From contig JAZIGN010000001.1 of assembly GCA_036679065.1 (NCBI GenBank), positions 224,001 to 288,000 of the forward strand: 64,000 bases of DNA, written 5' to 3'. The translations under genes and the position numbers were made by a program. Below the pieces are notes generated by a model. That model saw nothing but the letters and a program-made list of their open reading frames with translations. It was not told where the DNA came from and did no database searches. The stretch comes from Coprothermobacterota bacterium (lineage in GTDB: Bacteria > Coprothermobacterota > Coprothermobacteria > Coprothermobacterales > Coprothermobacteraceae). Of this stretch, positions 40,378 through 49,443 are shown one piece after another (position 1 is the stretch's first letter; each line of letters starts with the position of its first letter).

Positions 40378-40405
40378 CCAGCCAAGGCAGCTGAAGATGC
40401 CATAA
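40313..40405 (+). pseudogene. N-terminal fragment of a pyridoxamine 5'-phosphate oxidase / NimA-like flavoprotein gene, cut at the right junction
   Basis: SD AGGAGG; MERVVQFLKEAETYYLATVEGDQPR, then runs out of frame into cmk sequence. Confidence 0.7.
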
Positions 40406-40449
40406 TCATTGATAACAGTTATCAGAGTGTAGAAGAGACCATAAAGGAG

Positions 40450-41058
40450 ATGGAGGGGCGCTTACCTAAGGACGAATTCGACTTTCAACGTTTTTTGCAA
40501 TACGTACTAGGTCCACCGGTAAGAGGGCTATTTCGTATAGAGGTAGTAAAAAGTCATCCTTTGAAGTATGGTCGCTGGATACTCACACCTAATCATGTTA
40601 GTGGGTGGGATCCTATCTGCTTAGCAGCAAAAGTACCTCGGCCTTTGCATTTCATGGCGAAAGCCGAGCTCAAGCGCTCCTTAGGACCTCTTCTTTCGCT
40701 ATTGGATATAAGCCCCATTGCTAGGAACAAACCTGACGTTAGAGCCATAAGAACTGTTCGGCATTTTTTATACGGCGAAAAGCTGGTGGTTATGTACCCT
40801 GAAGGTCATCGCCACCGAGACGGAACTGTGGGCGAGTTTAGGAATGGAGCTTTCTACTTCGTTCGCAAGAAAATGGCACCCGTGATTCCCGTTGTCATTA
40901 AAGGGTTGGAAAACCTCAGTTTCAATACCTTTTGGAACCGCCATGTAAGAATAGCTTTCTTGGATCCCATTTACCCCGTGGATGTAATCGGCATGAAAGA
41001 AGAGGAAATAGCCAGAATGGTGCGCGAACAGATTTCGGAGTGCTACAACAGCTTATGA
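40450..41058 (+). CDS. plsC: stand-alone PlsC allele A domain (remnant of copy 2); translation uncertain
   Basis: identical to the C-terminal 202 aa of 38601..39767; AAGGAG abuts the ATG with no spacer. Confidence 0.6.
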   Translation: MEGRLPKDEFDFQRFLQYVLGPPVRGLFRIEVVKSHPLKYGRWILTPNHVSGWDPICLAAKVPRPLHFMAKAELKRSLGPLLSLLDISPIARNKPDVRAIRTVRHFLYGEKLVVMYPEGHRHRDGTVGEFRNGAFYFVRKKMAPVIPVVIKGLENLSFNTFWNRHVRIAFLDPIYPVDVIGMKEEEIARMVREQISECYNSL

Positions 41059-42221
41059 TCATAGCCATAGACGGACTAGCAGGTAGTGGGAAGACCACAG
41101 CTGGCAAAGGGTTAGCCAAAGCCATTGGATTTCGGTTCATCAGTTCTGGGCAGTTATACCGATTCAAGGCTTTAGAGCCTGATGTGGACCTTTTAGAAGC
41201 GGTAAAGGAGCACAAGCTGAAAATTGAGTGGGACATAGAATGGGAAGGTAAAGACATATCGGCGGAGCTACAGCGAGAAGAGATAGGCAGCAGAGCATCA
41301 CAAATAGCGTTATTGAGAGAGGTTAGGGATGAAGTAAACAACGTACTAAGGTTTGTAGCCGAAGGCGGGAACTATGTCATAGAAGGCAGAGACATAGGCA
41401 CAGTAGTATTTCCCGAAGCTGGAGTGAAGTTTTTCCTAACAGCAGAAGAAAGGGTTAGGGCGAGGCGTAGAGCAGAGCAAGTAGGAGAAGAAGTAAACAT
41501 AGCAGAGAGGGACGAAAGGGACAAGAAGAGGGAGATAGCGCCAGCCAAGGCAGCTGAAGATGCCATAATCATTGATAACAGTTATCAGAGTGTAGAAGAG
41601 ACCATAAAGGAGATGGAGGGGCGCTTACCTAAGGACGAATTCGACTTTCAACGTTTTTTGCAATACGTACTAGGTCCACCGGTAAGAGGGCTATTTCGTA
41701 TAGAGGTAGTAAAAAGTCATCCTTTGAAGTATGGTCGCTGGATACTCACACCTAATCATACAAGCGCTTGGGATGGAGTATGCCTTGCAGCAGTCTTGCA
41801 AAGGTCGGCTTACTACATAGCAAAAGTGGAGCTTCGCCGCATACTTGGGCCTTTGCTCTCTATTTTGAATGCTGTCACCATTGTCAGGGATACCCCGGAC
41901 CTTAAGGCTATAAAGGCCATCCGTGCGTTGCTGACCAAAGAGAAGATCGTTGTTATTTACCCGGAATCAAAGATTTTCACTGATGGTATTATGGGGCCTT
42001 TCAAAGAAGGTGCTTTTTATTTTCTTCGAAAAAGAATGGCACCTGTCGTCCCTGTGGTCATAAAAGGCTTGGAGAGAATAACGGTGAATACATTTTTTAC
42101 TCGGCATGTAAGAATAGCTTTCCTTGATCCCGTATACCCTATTGACGTATTTGGCCTTCGAGAAAATGACATATCTGATAAAGTTAAAAAGCTTATGGTG
42201 AACGCTTATGAAAGTATGTAA
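41055..42221 (+). CDS. cmk: Cmk-PlsC fusion, copy 3 (acyltransferase allele B)
   Basis: same Cmk as copy 1; acyltransferase NHTSAWD...YIAK.EL...YPES diverges from allele A from 41760. Confidence 0.9.
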   Translation: MIIAIDGLAGSGKTTAGKGLAKAIGFRFISSGQLYRFKALEPDVDLLEAVKEHKLKIEWDIEWEGKDISAELQREEIGSRASQIALLREVRDEVNNVLRFVAEGGNYVIEGRDIGTVVFPEAGVKFFLTAEERVRARRRAEQVGEEVNIAERDERDKKREIAPAKAAEDAIIIDNSYQSVEETIKEMEGRLPKDEFDFQRFLQYVLGPPVRGLFRIEVVKSHPLKYGRWILTPNHTSAWDGVCLAAVLQRSAYYIAKVELRRILGPLLSILNAVTIVRDTPDLKAIKAIRALLTKEKIVVIYPESKIFTDGIMGPFKEGAFYFLRKRMAPVVPVVIKGLERITVNTFFTRHVRIAFLDPVYPIDVFGLRENDISDKVKKLMVNAYESM

Positions 42222-42979
42222 AAAGGAACTTCATTTGGCTTTCCCGCAAGGTCCCTGTTTCGGAGTAAAAAGGAGCATCGAGCTTTGTCGCAAGATCTTG
42301 GAAAAGCACGGAACTGTTTTTGCTGTTCACCCTTTGGTTCACAACGAAATTGTCATCAGCCCATGGTACGCCAAAGGATGTTTTGGAACGTCTGAAGGAG
42401 AAGAACTGTAAAGTAGTAGATGCCGTTTGCCCTTTGGTTCTTTTTGTGCACAAGAAAGCGTTAGAAGCAGTTAAGAACTTCGGTAAGGTCAACATAGTTG
42501 GTGATCCACAGCATCAGGAGATAAGAGCATTGACTTCGGAGCTTCCGGAAGGCTCGTATGTACTTTGTGGACCAGAAGGTAAGCTGGCGGACAAGCGTTT
42601 CCCTGTAGTGTTTCAAAGCACCACAGATCCAATTATTTTGCACGAGTTAGGCGCTGAAGGTTACCGCATTATGGACACCATTTGTACTGCTACCAAGGGA
42701 CGTCAACAAGCAAATGCTCAGCTTATTGAAAATTGTGATGCTCTGGTAATCCTGGGTTCTTCTACTAGTGCCAACAGCAGGCATCTGGCTGCAAAAGCCT
42801 CAGCATCTGGTAAGCCAGTACTCCTCACGCTTGATCTAGATGAGGCAGCGTCTTTTGTCCTGAACTATGATATCGTTGGGATCATAGCAGGGGCTTCAAC
42901 ACCACTAGATCTGGTCTACCAAGCCTATGATAGAATAATTACCGCATATGAAAAGGTTTGTAATAATTGGAGCTCCTAA
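42208..42979 (+). pseudogene. ispH: 4-hydroxy-3-methylbut-2-enyl diphosphate reductase, disrupted by internal deletion and frameshift
   Basis: frame 1 GPCFGVKR...HPLVHN; frame 2 SAHG..DAVCP.V..H.E..DTIC.AT..RQ..SANS; frame switch at ~42352-42356. Confidence 0.85.
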
Positions 42980-44225
42980 TGTGGGAAAATCTTCTCTTTT
43001 CAATCGCCTAGTGGGTGGGCGTAAAGCACTAACCTATGATCAGCCAGGTGTAACACGCGATTATCTTTCCCACATTTGTGAGTGGCGAGGCCGTTATTTT
43101 GAGCTTGTTGATACAGGCGGACTGTATCGAGGTGAGCAGGATTTAGAATCATTTTGGAAACGTTCCCTAGAAATAGCGCAGGATGCTGACGTAGTTTTGT
43201 TTGTTGTAGATGCTAGCGAGCACCTTAGCTCTGTGGAATACGACATTGCACAAGATCTAAGGAAAATGGGGAAAGAGGTCATAGTAGTAGGTAACAAAAT
43301 GGACCTGTTGCCTGAAGGTTTTAATCCTGACCTTTATAATCTGGGTTTTGATAAAGTCCAATTTGTATCTGCTACAACTGGCCGCAACAGCGGGGACTTA
43401 TTGGACCTAATGTGGGAATATCTAGGTGAGGAAGATCAAGACATAACTAAAGAAGATGTTGAGTTTAGAGTTTCGGTCATAGGTCGCACAAATGCAGGCA
43501 AATCGACGCTTATGAACAGACTCTTAGGCAAAGAACGCGTGCTAGTATCTGAAATGCCTGGTACAACGTTGGATTTCATCACAGAAACCATAAATGTGAA
43601 GGACATGGTTGTAGAAGTAACTGATACTCCGGGACTAAGAAAAGGAGACCTCAGACGGCTTTCTGTTCCAGAAATGCTGGCAGTGAAAAGATTGGAAAAT
43701 CGATTACGCAAACAGCAGGTACTAGTTCATGTCATAGACGCTTCTGTTGGACTCACATCTTTAGACGAAAGCGTCATAAGAATAGCAGAGGAAGAAGGAA
43801 TTGGTTACATTGCAGTTCTGAACAAAATCGATCTTGCGGAAGATCCACGCAAAGCTGAGAGCGTTCTCACCGAAGCATTCTTAGACAAGTTCCCGTGGGT
43901 TGATCGAAAAGCGGTGATCGCAGCATCGGCAGAAGAGAACTACAATGTGGATAAGGTGACTGATGCTTTGCATCTGGCAAGACAAGACCTCGGCATTACT
44001 TTTAAGCCTCGCGAGCTCACTGAGCTCATAAAGCCTTTGGAAGAAATCATTACCGGTTATCGTTTCTACTTTGCGCTGCAAGTATCCACTTTGCCTTCGG
44101 TGGTAAAAGTCTTTGCTAACAAAGCGGAAATGCCATCGAATATAATGACTTATTTTAGAAGACAGCTCAAGAAATCCATGGGGATAAAGACGGCTTTGCC
44201 AAAAGTTATATTGGAGAAATCATAA
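42948..44225 (+). CDS. der: ribosome biogenesis GTPase Der
   Basis: two GTPase domains: G.PNVGKS/DTGG/NKMD and GRTNAGKS/DTPG/NKID. Confidence 0.95.
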   Translation: MKRFVIIGAPNVGKSSLFNRLVGGRKALTYDQPGVTRDYLSHICEWRGRYFELVDTGGLYRGEQDLESFWKRSLEIAQDADVVLFVVDASEHLSSVEYDIAQDLRKMGKEVIVVGNKMDLLPEGFNPDLYNLGFDKVQFVSATTGRNSGDLLDLMWEYLGEEDQDITKEDVEFRVSVIGRTNAGKSTLMNRLLGKERVLVSEMPGTTLDFITETINVKDMVVEVTDTPGLRKGDLRRLSVPEMLAVKRLENRLRKQQVLVHVIDASVGLTSLDESVIRIAEEEGIGYIAVLNKIDLAEDPRKAESVLTEAFLDKFPWVDRKAVIAASAEENYNVDKVTDALHLARQDLGITFKPRELTELIKPLEEIITGYRFYFALQVSTLPSVVKVFANKAEMPSNIMTYFRRQLKKSMGIKTALPKVILEKS

Positions 44226-44226
44226 A

Positions 44227-45582
44227 ATGGTACAGTGGCAGGGAAGATATCACTTCATGGCTGTAGGGGGCATGGGCATGAGTGCCCTTGCTAAAATCTT
44301 AGCTCAAAGAGGCATTTCTGTTTCGGGCTGCGACGTGCAACCTCACTTTATGACAAAAGCAGATTTATCAGCGTGTGGTGTAACTTTGTTTACAGGACAT
44401 GACCCAAAACATCTTCAAGATGCAGATTTTGTTGTCTATTCCTCAGCTATTAAACCGGACAATGAGGAGTTTAGAGCTGCTTTGGATGAACACATTCCTG
44501 TTCTGCACCGCTCAGAGATTCTAGCAGATCTTCTGGACGAAGGTTTATCGGTAGCAGTAACAGGTACTCACGGTAAATCGTCGACTACGGGATTCATAGC
44601 GCAGGGGCTGGAACTTTTGGGTTTTGATCCAACTTTCATAGGAGGCGCCGTGGTAAACCCTTTAGGTGGAAATGCAAAACTGGGGAGCGGACCTGTTATA
44701 GGAGAAGTAGACGAAAGTGATGGTAGCCTAGTAAGGATTCCTGCATCGGTGAAAGTCGTTCTAAACTTGGATGACGATCACCTACCTTTCTATGGAACGA
44801 TGGAGAACTTGGCTGCTACGGTGCACCGCTTCATATTGGGTCGCCCTCACAACAGTATTGCTGTGTTGAACTACAACGATCCCTTGCTCAGGGGAATGGA
44901 TTACTCTTCAAGGCGTGTGCACTGGTGTGGTTTTGGTTCGCCGGATATACGCATTGATGCGCTTGAGCTTGAAGGCGTGAACCCTAAGATAAGTGTTTGT
45001 TATGAAGGGAAGCAATTCACTATTTTAAACGATAAAATTTTCGGTAAACATAATGGATTGAATTTAGCCATGGCTTTCTCTGTGCTTGTTGCCATGGGCA
45101 TAGATCCAAACTCCGCCGCGAAGGTCTTGGAGGAAGTTCAAACTCCGCGCAGAAGACAGCAGATTCTGGGCAGCGTAAATGGAACATCGGTTATGGTGGA
45201 CATTGCTTTGCATCCAACAGAACTAAAAGCTCTTCGTGAAGTGTTTGAATCGAGTAAGCGGCGGGTTTTACTTATTTTTCAGCCTCACCGTTATAGTAGA
45301 TACAAGCTCCTGTTTAAGGACTTTGTGGAAGAGCTTTCCCTGTGGAGCGATGTGGTTATCACAGAAATATATCCATCAGATGAACCTGTTGAAGACACCA
45401 GTAGTTATCCGTTATATGAAGAAATAGGTAGTAGGAACAAATTGTTCTATTCAGACAAAGAGACGTTATTCCAAGATCTGCCTAACATCATGAACGGCTA
45501 TGATATTGTGCTCTTCGCCGGTTTGGGAAGTATCGGTAATTGGGCTGAAGAGTTCTACACGGAAAACTCCACGAAAAAATAG
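44227..45582 (+). CDS. murC: UDP-N-acetylmuramate--L-alanine ligase
   Basis: HF..VGG.GMS.LA, VSG.D, GTHGKSST, DESDGS, DH, FQPHRYSR. Confidence 0.93.
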   Translation: MVQWQGRYHFMAVGGMGMSALAKILAQRGISVSGCDVQPHFMTKADLSACGVTLFTGHDPKHLQDADFVVYSSAIKPDNEEFRAALDEHIPVLHRSEILADLLDEGLSVAVTGTHGKSSTTGFIAQGLELLGFDPTFIGGAVVNPLGGNAKLGSGPVIGEVDESDGSLVRIPASVKVVLNLDDDHLPFYGTMENLAATVHRFILGRPHNSIAVLNYNDPLLRGMDYSSRRVHWCGFGSPDIRIDALELEGVNPKISVCYEGKQFTILNDKIFGKHNGLNLAMAFSVLVAMGIDPNSAAKVLEEVQTPRRRQQILGSVNGTSVMVDIALHPTELKALREVFESSKRRVLLIFQPHRYSRYKLLFKDFVEELSLWSDVVITEIYPSDEPVEDTSSYPLYEEIGSRNKLFYSDKETLFQDLPNIMNGYDIVLFAGLGSIGNWAEEFYTENSTKK

Positions 45583-45681
45583 TCAACCAATTCTTCAAAA
45601 AGCTTTTTCGTTAACTAACTCTTAATTTTCCAACGTATAATATTTATAGTAACTATTCATGTTCAACCTGCAAAGGAGGAG

Positions 45682-48600
45682 GTGTTAGACTTGGGTGGAA
45701 AGCTTCTAAAAAGGTATTTGTCCCTAGTTTTAGTCCTCGCTATGGTAGTTGGTTTTGCTCTTCCAGTAAATGTCGGTGCACAGGAGACAGTAAAAATCAC
45801 AGTACTAGAGACTTCAGATGTCCACGGTCATATTCTGGCTTATGATTACGGCAAGGACAAAGAGGATCAAAGTTTTGGTCTATCTAAGGTTGCCAGTTAT
45901 GTTAATAAAGTGCGCACGGAAAACCCCAACACGATTCTTGTAGACAACGGTGATTATTTACAGGGCACACCGCTAGTTGAAAACTATCTTACAGCTACTC
46001 TAAATCCCATGGCTGCAGCTATGAATTACCTGAAGTACGACGCAGTGGTTTTAGGAAATCACGAGTTTAATTTTGGTATGGAGGCTCTAAAGAAGTTTGT
46101 AGAATCTCTTTCCGTACCAGTCATTTCTGCGAACGTGGTAAAAGCTGGAACTGAGGAGCCATATTTCAAACCGTATGTGGTCATTGAACGTTCCGGTGTA
46201 AAGATCGGAATTCTTGGTCTTACCAGCTTAGTGGTTAAGAAGGTGGAAAAACCAGCGAACTTGGAAGGTGTGGATCTAATTGATCCCGTTGAGACGGCTA
46301 AGAAGTACGTAAACATCCTCAAAAATGAAGAAAAGGTAGATGTAGTGATTTTAGCCGGTCACTCCGGACTGGAATACGATCCAGAGACCAAGACCTACAG
46401 CACTCGCGAGTACCCTGAGAACTTCATTTTCAACGTTGTAGACAAGGTTCCAGGTATTGATGCTGTTCTTTCAGGACACGATCACAATGAATTTGCGAAA
46501 GTAATTACCACATCTTCTGGAGCAAAAATCCCTGTTGTTCAGCCAAGCTCTTGGGCGAAAGCTGTTGGTCGAATTGACCTTACCTTAGTTAAGGAAAACG
46601 GTGCATGGAAAGTTTCCGAGGCAGTTCCCACAACAGTTAAGATGAAGGATTATGAAGAAGACAAAGAACTTGTTGCTCTGATGCAAAAGGAGCACGAAGA
46701 AGTTCTCCAATTCATTCGGACTCCCATCGGAGAATTTAGTGAAGATTTCCCTGTCTTAGATCCGTTGACAGCTCGTATGTCTGATAATGCATACTTTGAT
46801 ATCCAGCTAAAAGCCATGGAATGGGCTGCCGGTACTGACATTGCCGTACAGGCCATACTCCCTACAACGCCGCCTACATTTACTAAGGGCCCCATCACAA
46901 TCAAAGATGTAAACGCATTGTACATTTATGCCAACACGCTTTACAAGGTAAAAGTAACAGGTCAAATGATTAAAGATTTATTGGAGAATTCAGCAAAGTA
47001 TTTTGTTTATGGCTATGATCCGTTAAACGGTGCAACCTTAAGCTCTGATCCGAATTTCCGTGCCTACAATTTTGATGGTGTATCGGGCGTCAGTTACCAA
47101 ATAGATGTAACGAAACCTGTGGGAGAAAGAGTGGTTAACCTGACTTACAAGGGAGAACCACTGAAAATGGACGATTGGTATGTGATCGCCATTAACAACC
47201 ACAGGTTTGAATCGCTACGCGACACTGTATTCAAAGGTGCCGAAAAGCTTTGGGAAAGTGACATTGATATTGCTGAGTACATCGTAAACTATATAAAAGA
47301 ACAGAAGACCATTGCCCCTGAGACCGATCACAACTGGTCTATAACCCCAACTTATCTCTTATACAATGCTCCTGCTTTGGTAAACGATTATGCTACCTTG
47401 GACGAAACTAAGACTCTGTATGCAGGATATCAAGGGCCTTCTGTTAGCCTGACCAGAGGAAGCGCTGCTTGCTTCTTCACACCCGTTTACATTACCGCAA
47501 CCCCTAGCGGGGAGATACCAGAGTTTAAGGATCTTGACCCTAATGCAAACAGCTGCGTGAAGCCTTTGTTGCAGACGGGACTTTACGTTGGATATGGTGA
47601 TGACACTGTAAGATTAGAAGAAGGTTTGACCAGAGAACAGTCCGTTGTGGTTGCATTAAGAGGAATGAAAGCAGCAGAAACACTGCCAAATGCTGATGAG
47701 GCCAACAGCATTCTAGCCAACTATCCAGACGCTGAGGAGGTCTCCTCTTGGGCACGACCCTATGTAGCGGCTGCGTTGAAGTACGGTTGGCTCAAGACAA
47801 GGGATGGCAAAATTGCTCCCAAGGACAGAATTACTGAAAGCGAACTTGTTTACATGCTTCACTGGAGCCGCTTCCCCAATGTGCGCATGCTCAGTATCAA
47901 CGATTTCCACGGCAACATAAGCACTTTCTATAATGACAGCAACCTGAAAGCTACGGTGGGCGGATACGAGACCATTGCTTGGTATGTGAACAAGTACAGG
48001 GCAGAGAACCCTCTTTATACATACTTCTTTGATGCTGGAGATTTGATGCAGGGTACTCCTACGTCAACCATACTTCACGGTGAGCCATTGATTGCACTGC
48101 ACAACGCTATTGGCGCCGATGCTATGACCATTGGAAACCACGAGTTTGACTGGGGTCTGGATGTGCTAAAGGAACGCATAGAACAGGCTAAGTTCCCCAT
48201 AGTTTCTGGAAACATTTTTGATAAAGAGACAGGAGAACCGGTGGACTTTGCAAAACCCTATGCAGTGCTTGAAAAAGGCTTTCTTAGTGTGGGCGTTGTT
48301 GGCTTCACTACACCGGAATCTTCCATAACAGCTCATCCGTCTATTGTGGGCGGGTTGGAATTTAAGAGCGCCAGCTCCATACAGCCCTACATAACCGAGC
48401 TGAAAGATAAAACTGATCTTGTTGTTGTTCTCGCTCACGATAGTGCCTATCAAGATTCCAAGACAGGTTCCATAACAGGCCCATCTGTTGTGGATATTGC
48501 AAGCTATAAACCAGATGCACTGATTACGGGACACAGCCATACCCAGGTTGCTGGATTCATTGATGGAGTACCCACGGTGCAAGCTTGGTACAATGGGCGT

Positions 48601-49377
48601 CGAATCGGCGGTATAGGGCTTCTTTACGATGCGCTGGAAGGCGAAACTCTGATGAAGACAGCAACTTTGATTGCTCCTAAGGTTACTTCAGAAACAACCG
48701 TTCCAGCCGTGGCAGAAATCATTGCAACATATGACGAAAAAGTAGGTCCAGTATTCAGCACTGAGATTGGGTACACTGAGAAGGGATTAACAAGGAACTA
48801 CTACGGCGAATCCAATTTAGGTGACTTCACTTCCGACATCATACTGCAGGCTGCAAGCAAAGCCATCGATGCTGTTGTGGATGCAGCTTTCCAGAATGCA
48901 GGTGGTATTCGCATCGACATTCCAACAGGCACAATAACTGTGGGCACCATTTGGCAGCTGATGCCATTTGACAACACGGTTGTTGTGATGGATCTTAAAG
49001 GCGCAGACATTAAAGCTCTGCTCGAGAGATCTTGCCTGAAGGAAGGCGAATCTGATGCAAATGGAGCTAGCAAGGGTCAACTACAACCTTCCGGGATCAG
49101 GTGGACTTGTGACATGAGCAAGCCCATAGGCGAAAGAGTTACTGCGGTCTCCTTTGAAAATGGTAAAGAGTTTAGCTTGGATGCAACTTACAAAGTCGCA
49201 ACGAATGATTTCTTGGCAACTGGTGGAGACGGGTTCGCGGCGTTTAAGAACGGTACAAACGTTACCAACACCTTTGTTCTAGTGCGTGATGCAATCATTG
49301 AAGCCATAAAGCAGATGACTGAAGAAGGAAAGACTATTGACTACGAAGTAGTCGGCAGAATAACAATAATTCCGTAA
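45682..49377 (+). CDS. secreted tandem 2',3'-cyclic phosphodiesterase / 5'-nucleotidase with internal SLH domains
   Basis: signal peptide; two metallophosphoesterase modules (TSDVHG/DNGD/GNHEF and NDFHG/DAGD/GNHEF), each with a 5'-NT C-domain; SLH-like FKD...G..VGY.D....TRE and SWA..YV.AA...G between them. Confidence 0.88.
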   Translation: MLDLGGKLLKRYLSLVLVLAMVVGFALPVNVGAQETVKITVLETSDVHGHILAYDYGKDKEDQSFGLSKVASYVNKVRTENPNTILVDNGDYLQGTPLVENYLTATLNPMAAAMNYLKYDAVVLGNHEFNFGMEALKKFVESLSVPVISANVVKAGTEEPYFKPYVVIERSGVKIGILGLTSLVVKKVEKPANLEGVDLIDPVETAKKYVNILKNEEKVDVVILAGHSGLEYDPETKTYSTREYPENFIFNVVDKVPGIDAVLSGHDHNEFAKVITTSSGAKIPVVQPSSWAKAVGRIDLTLVKENGAWKVSEAVPTTVKMKDYEEDKELVALMQKEHEEVLQFIRTPIGEFSEDFPVLDPLTARMSDNAYFDIQLKAMEWAAGTDIAVQAILPTTPPTFTKGPITIKDVNALYIYANTLYKVKVTGQMIKDLLENSAKYFVYGYDPLNGATLSSDPNFRAYNFDGVSGVSYQIDVTKPVGERVVNLTYKGEPLKMDDWYVIAINNHRFESLRDTVFKGAEKLWESDIDIAEYIVNYIKEQKTIAPETDHNWSITPTYLLYNAPALVNDYATLDETKTLYAGYQGPSVSLTRGSAACFFTPVYITATPSGEIPEFKDLDPNANSCVKPLLQTGLYVGYGDDTVRLEEGLTREQSVVVALRGMKAAETLPNADEANSILANYPDAEEVSSWARPYVAAALKYGWLKTRDGKIAPKDRITESELVYMLHWSRFPNVRMLSINDFHGNISTFYNDSNLKATVGGYETIAWYVNKYRAENPLYTYFFDAGDLMQGTPTSTILHGEPLIALHNAIGADAMTIGNHEFDWGLDVLKERIEQAKFPIVSGNIFDKETGEPVDFAKPYAVLEKGFLSVGVVGFTTPESSITAHPSIVGGLEFKSASSIQPYITELKDKTDLVVVLAHDSAYQDSKTGSITGPSVVDIASYKPDALITGHSHTQVAGFIDGVPTVQAWYNGRRIGGIGLLYDALEGETLMKTATLIAPKVTSETTVPAVAEIIATYDEKVGPVFSTEIGYTEKGLTRNYYGESNLGDFTSDIILQAASKAIDAVVDAAFQNAGGIRIDIPTGTITVGTIWQLMPFDNTVVVMDLKGADIKALLERSCLKEGESDANGASKGQLQPSGIRWTCDMSKPIGERVTAVSFENGKEFSLDATYKVATNDFLATGGDGFAAFKNGTNVTNTFVLVRDAIIEAIKQMTEEGKTIDYEVVGRITIIP

Positions 49378-49399
49378 GCAGTAGCTACGCACGCTGAAG

Positions 49400-49426
49400 A
49401 AGGGGAGCCAGCCGGCTCCCCTTTCT
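49400..49426 (+). terminator. intrinsic terminator
   Basis: AAGGGGAGCC-AGCC-GGCTCCCCTT stem followed by TCT. Confidence 0.8.
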
Positions 49427-49443
49427 GTTATATAATCATCTTT

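Larger units (their letters stand above)
38601..42221 (+). repeat. tandem triplication of the cmk-plsC unit (starts 38601, 39764, 41055)
   Basis: 39087-39921 repeats exactly at 40378-41212 (offset 1291); 38601-39305 matches 41055-41759 apart from 4 synonymous changes in the first ~57 nt. Confidence 0.95.

Noticed and set aside
39641..41054. 41-aa N-terminal extensions (MEPPCKNS...) on cmk copies 2 and 3
   Set aside because: Alternate frame of the upstream plsC; the true start is MIIAIDG as in copy 1
42340..42365. Programmed frameshift in ispH
   Set aside because: No slippery motif, and about 25 codons are missing, so a shift would not restore the fold
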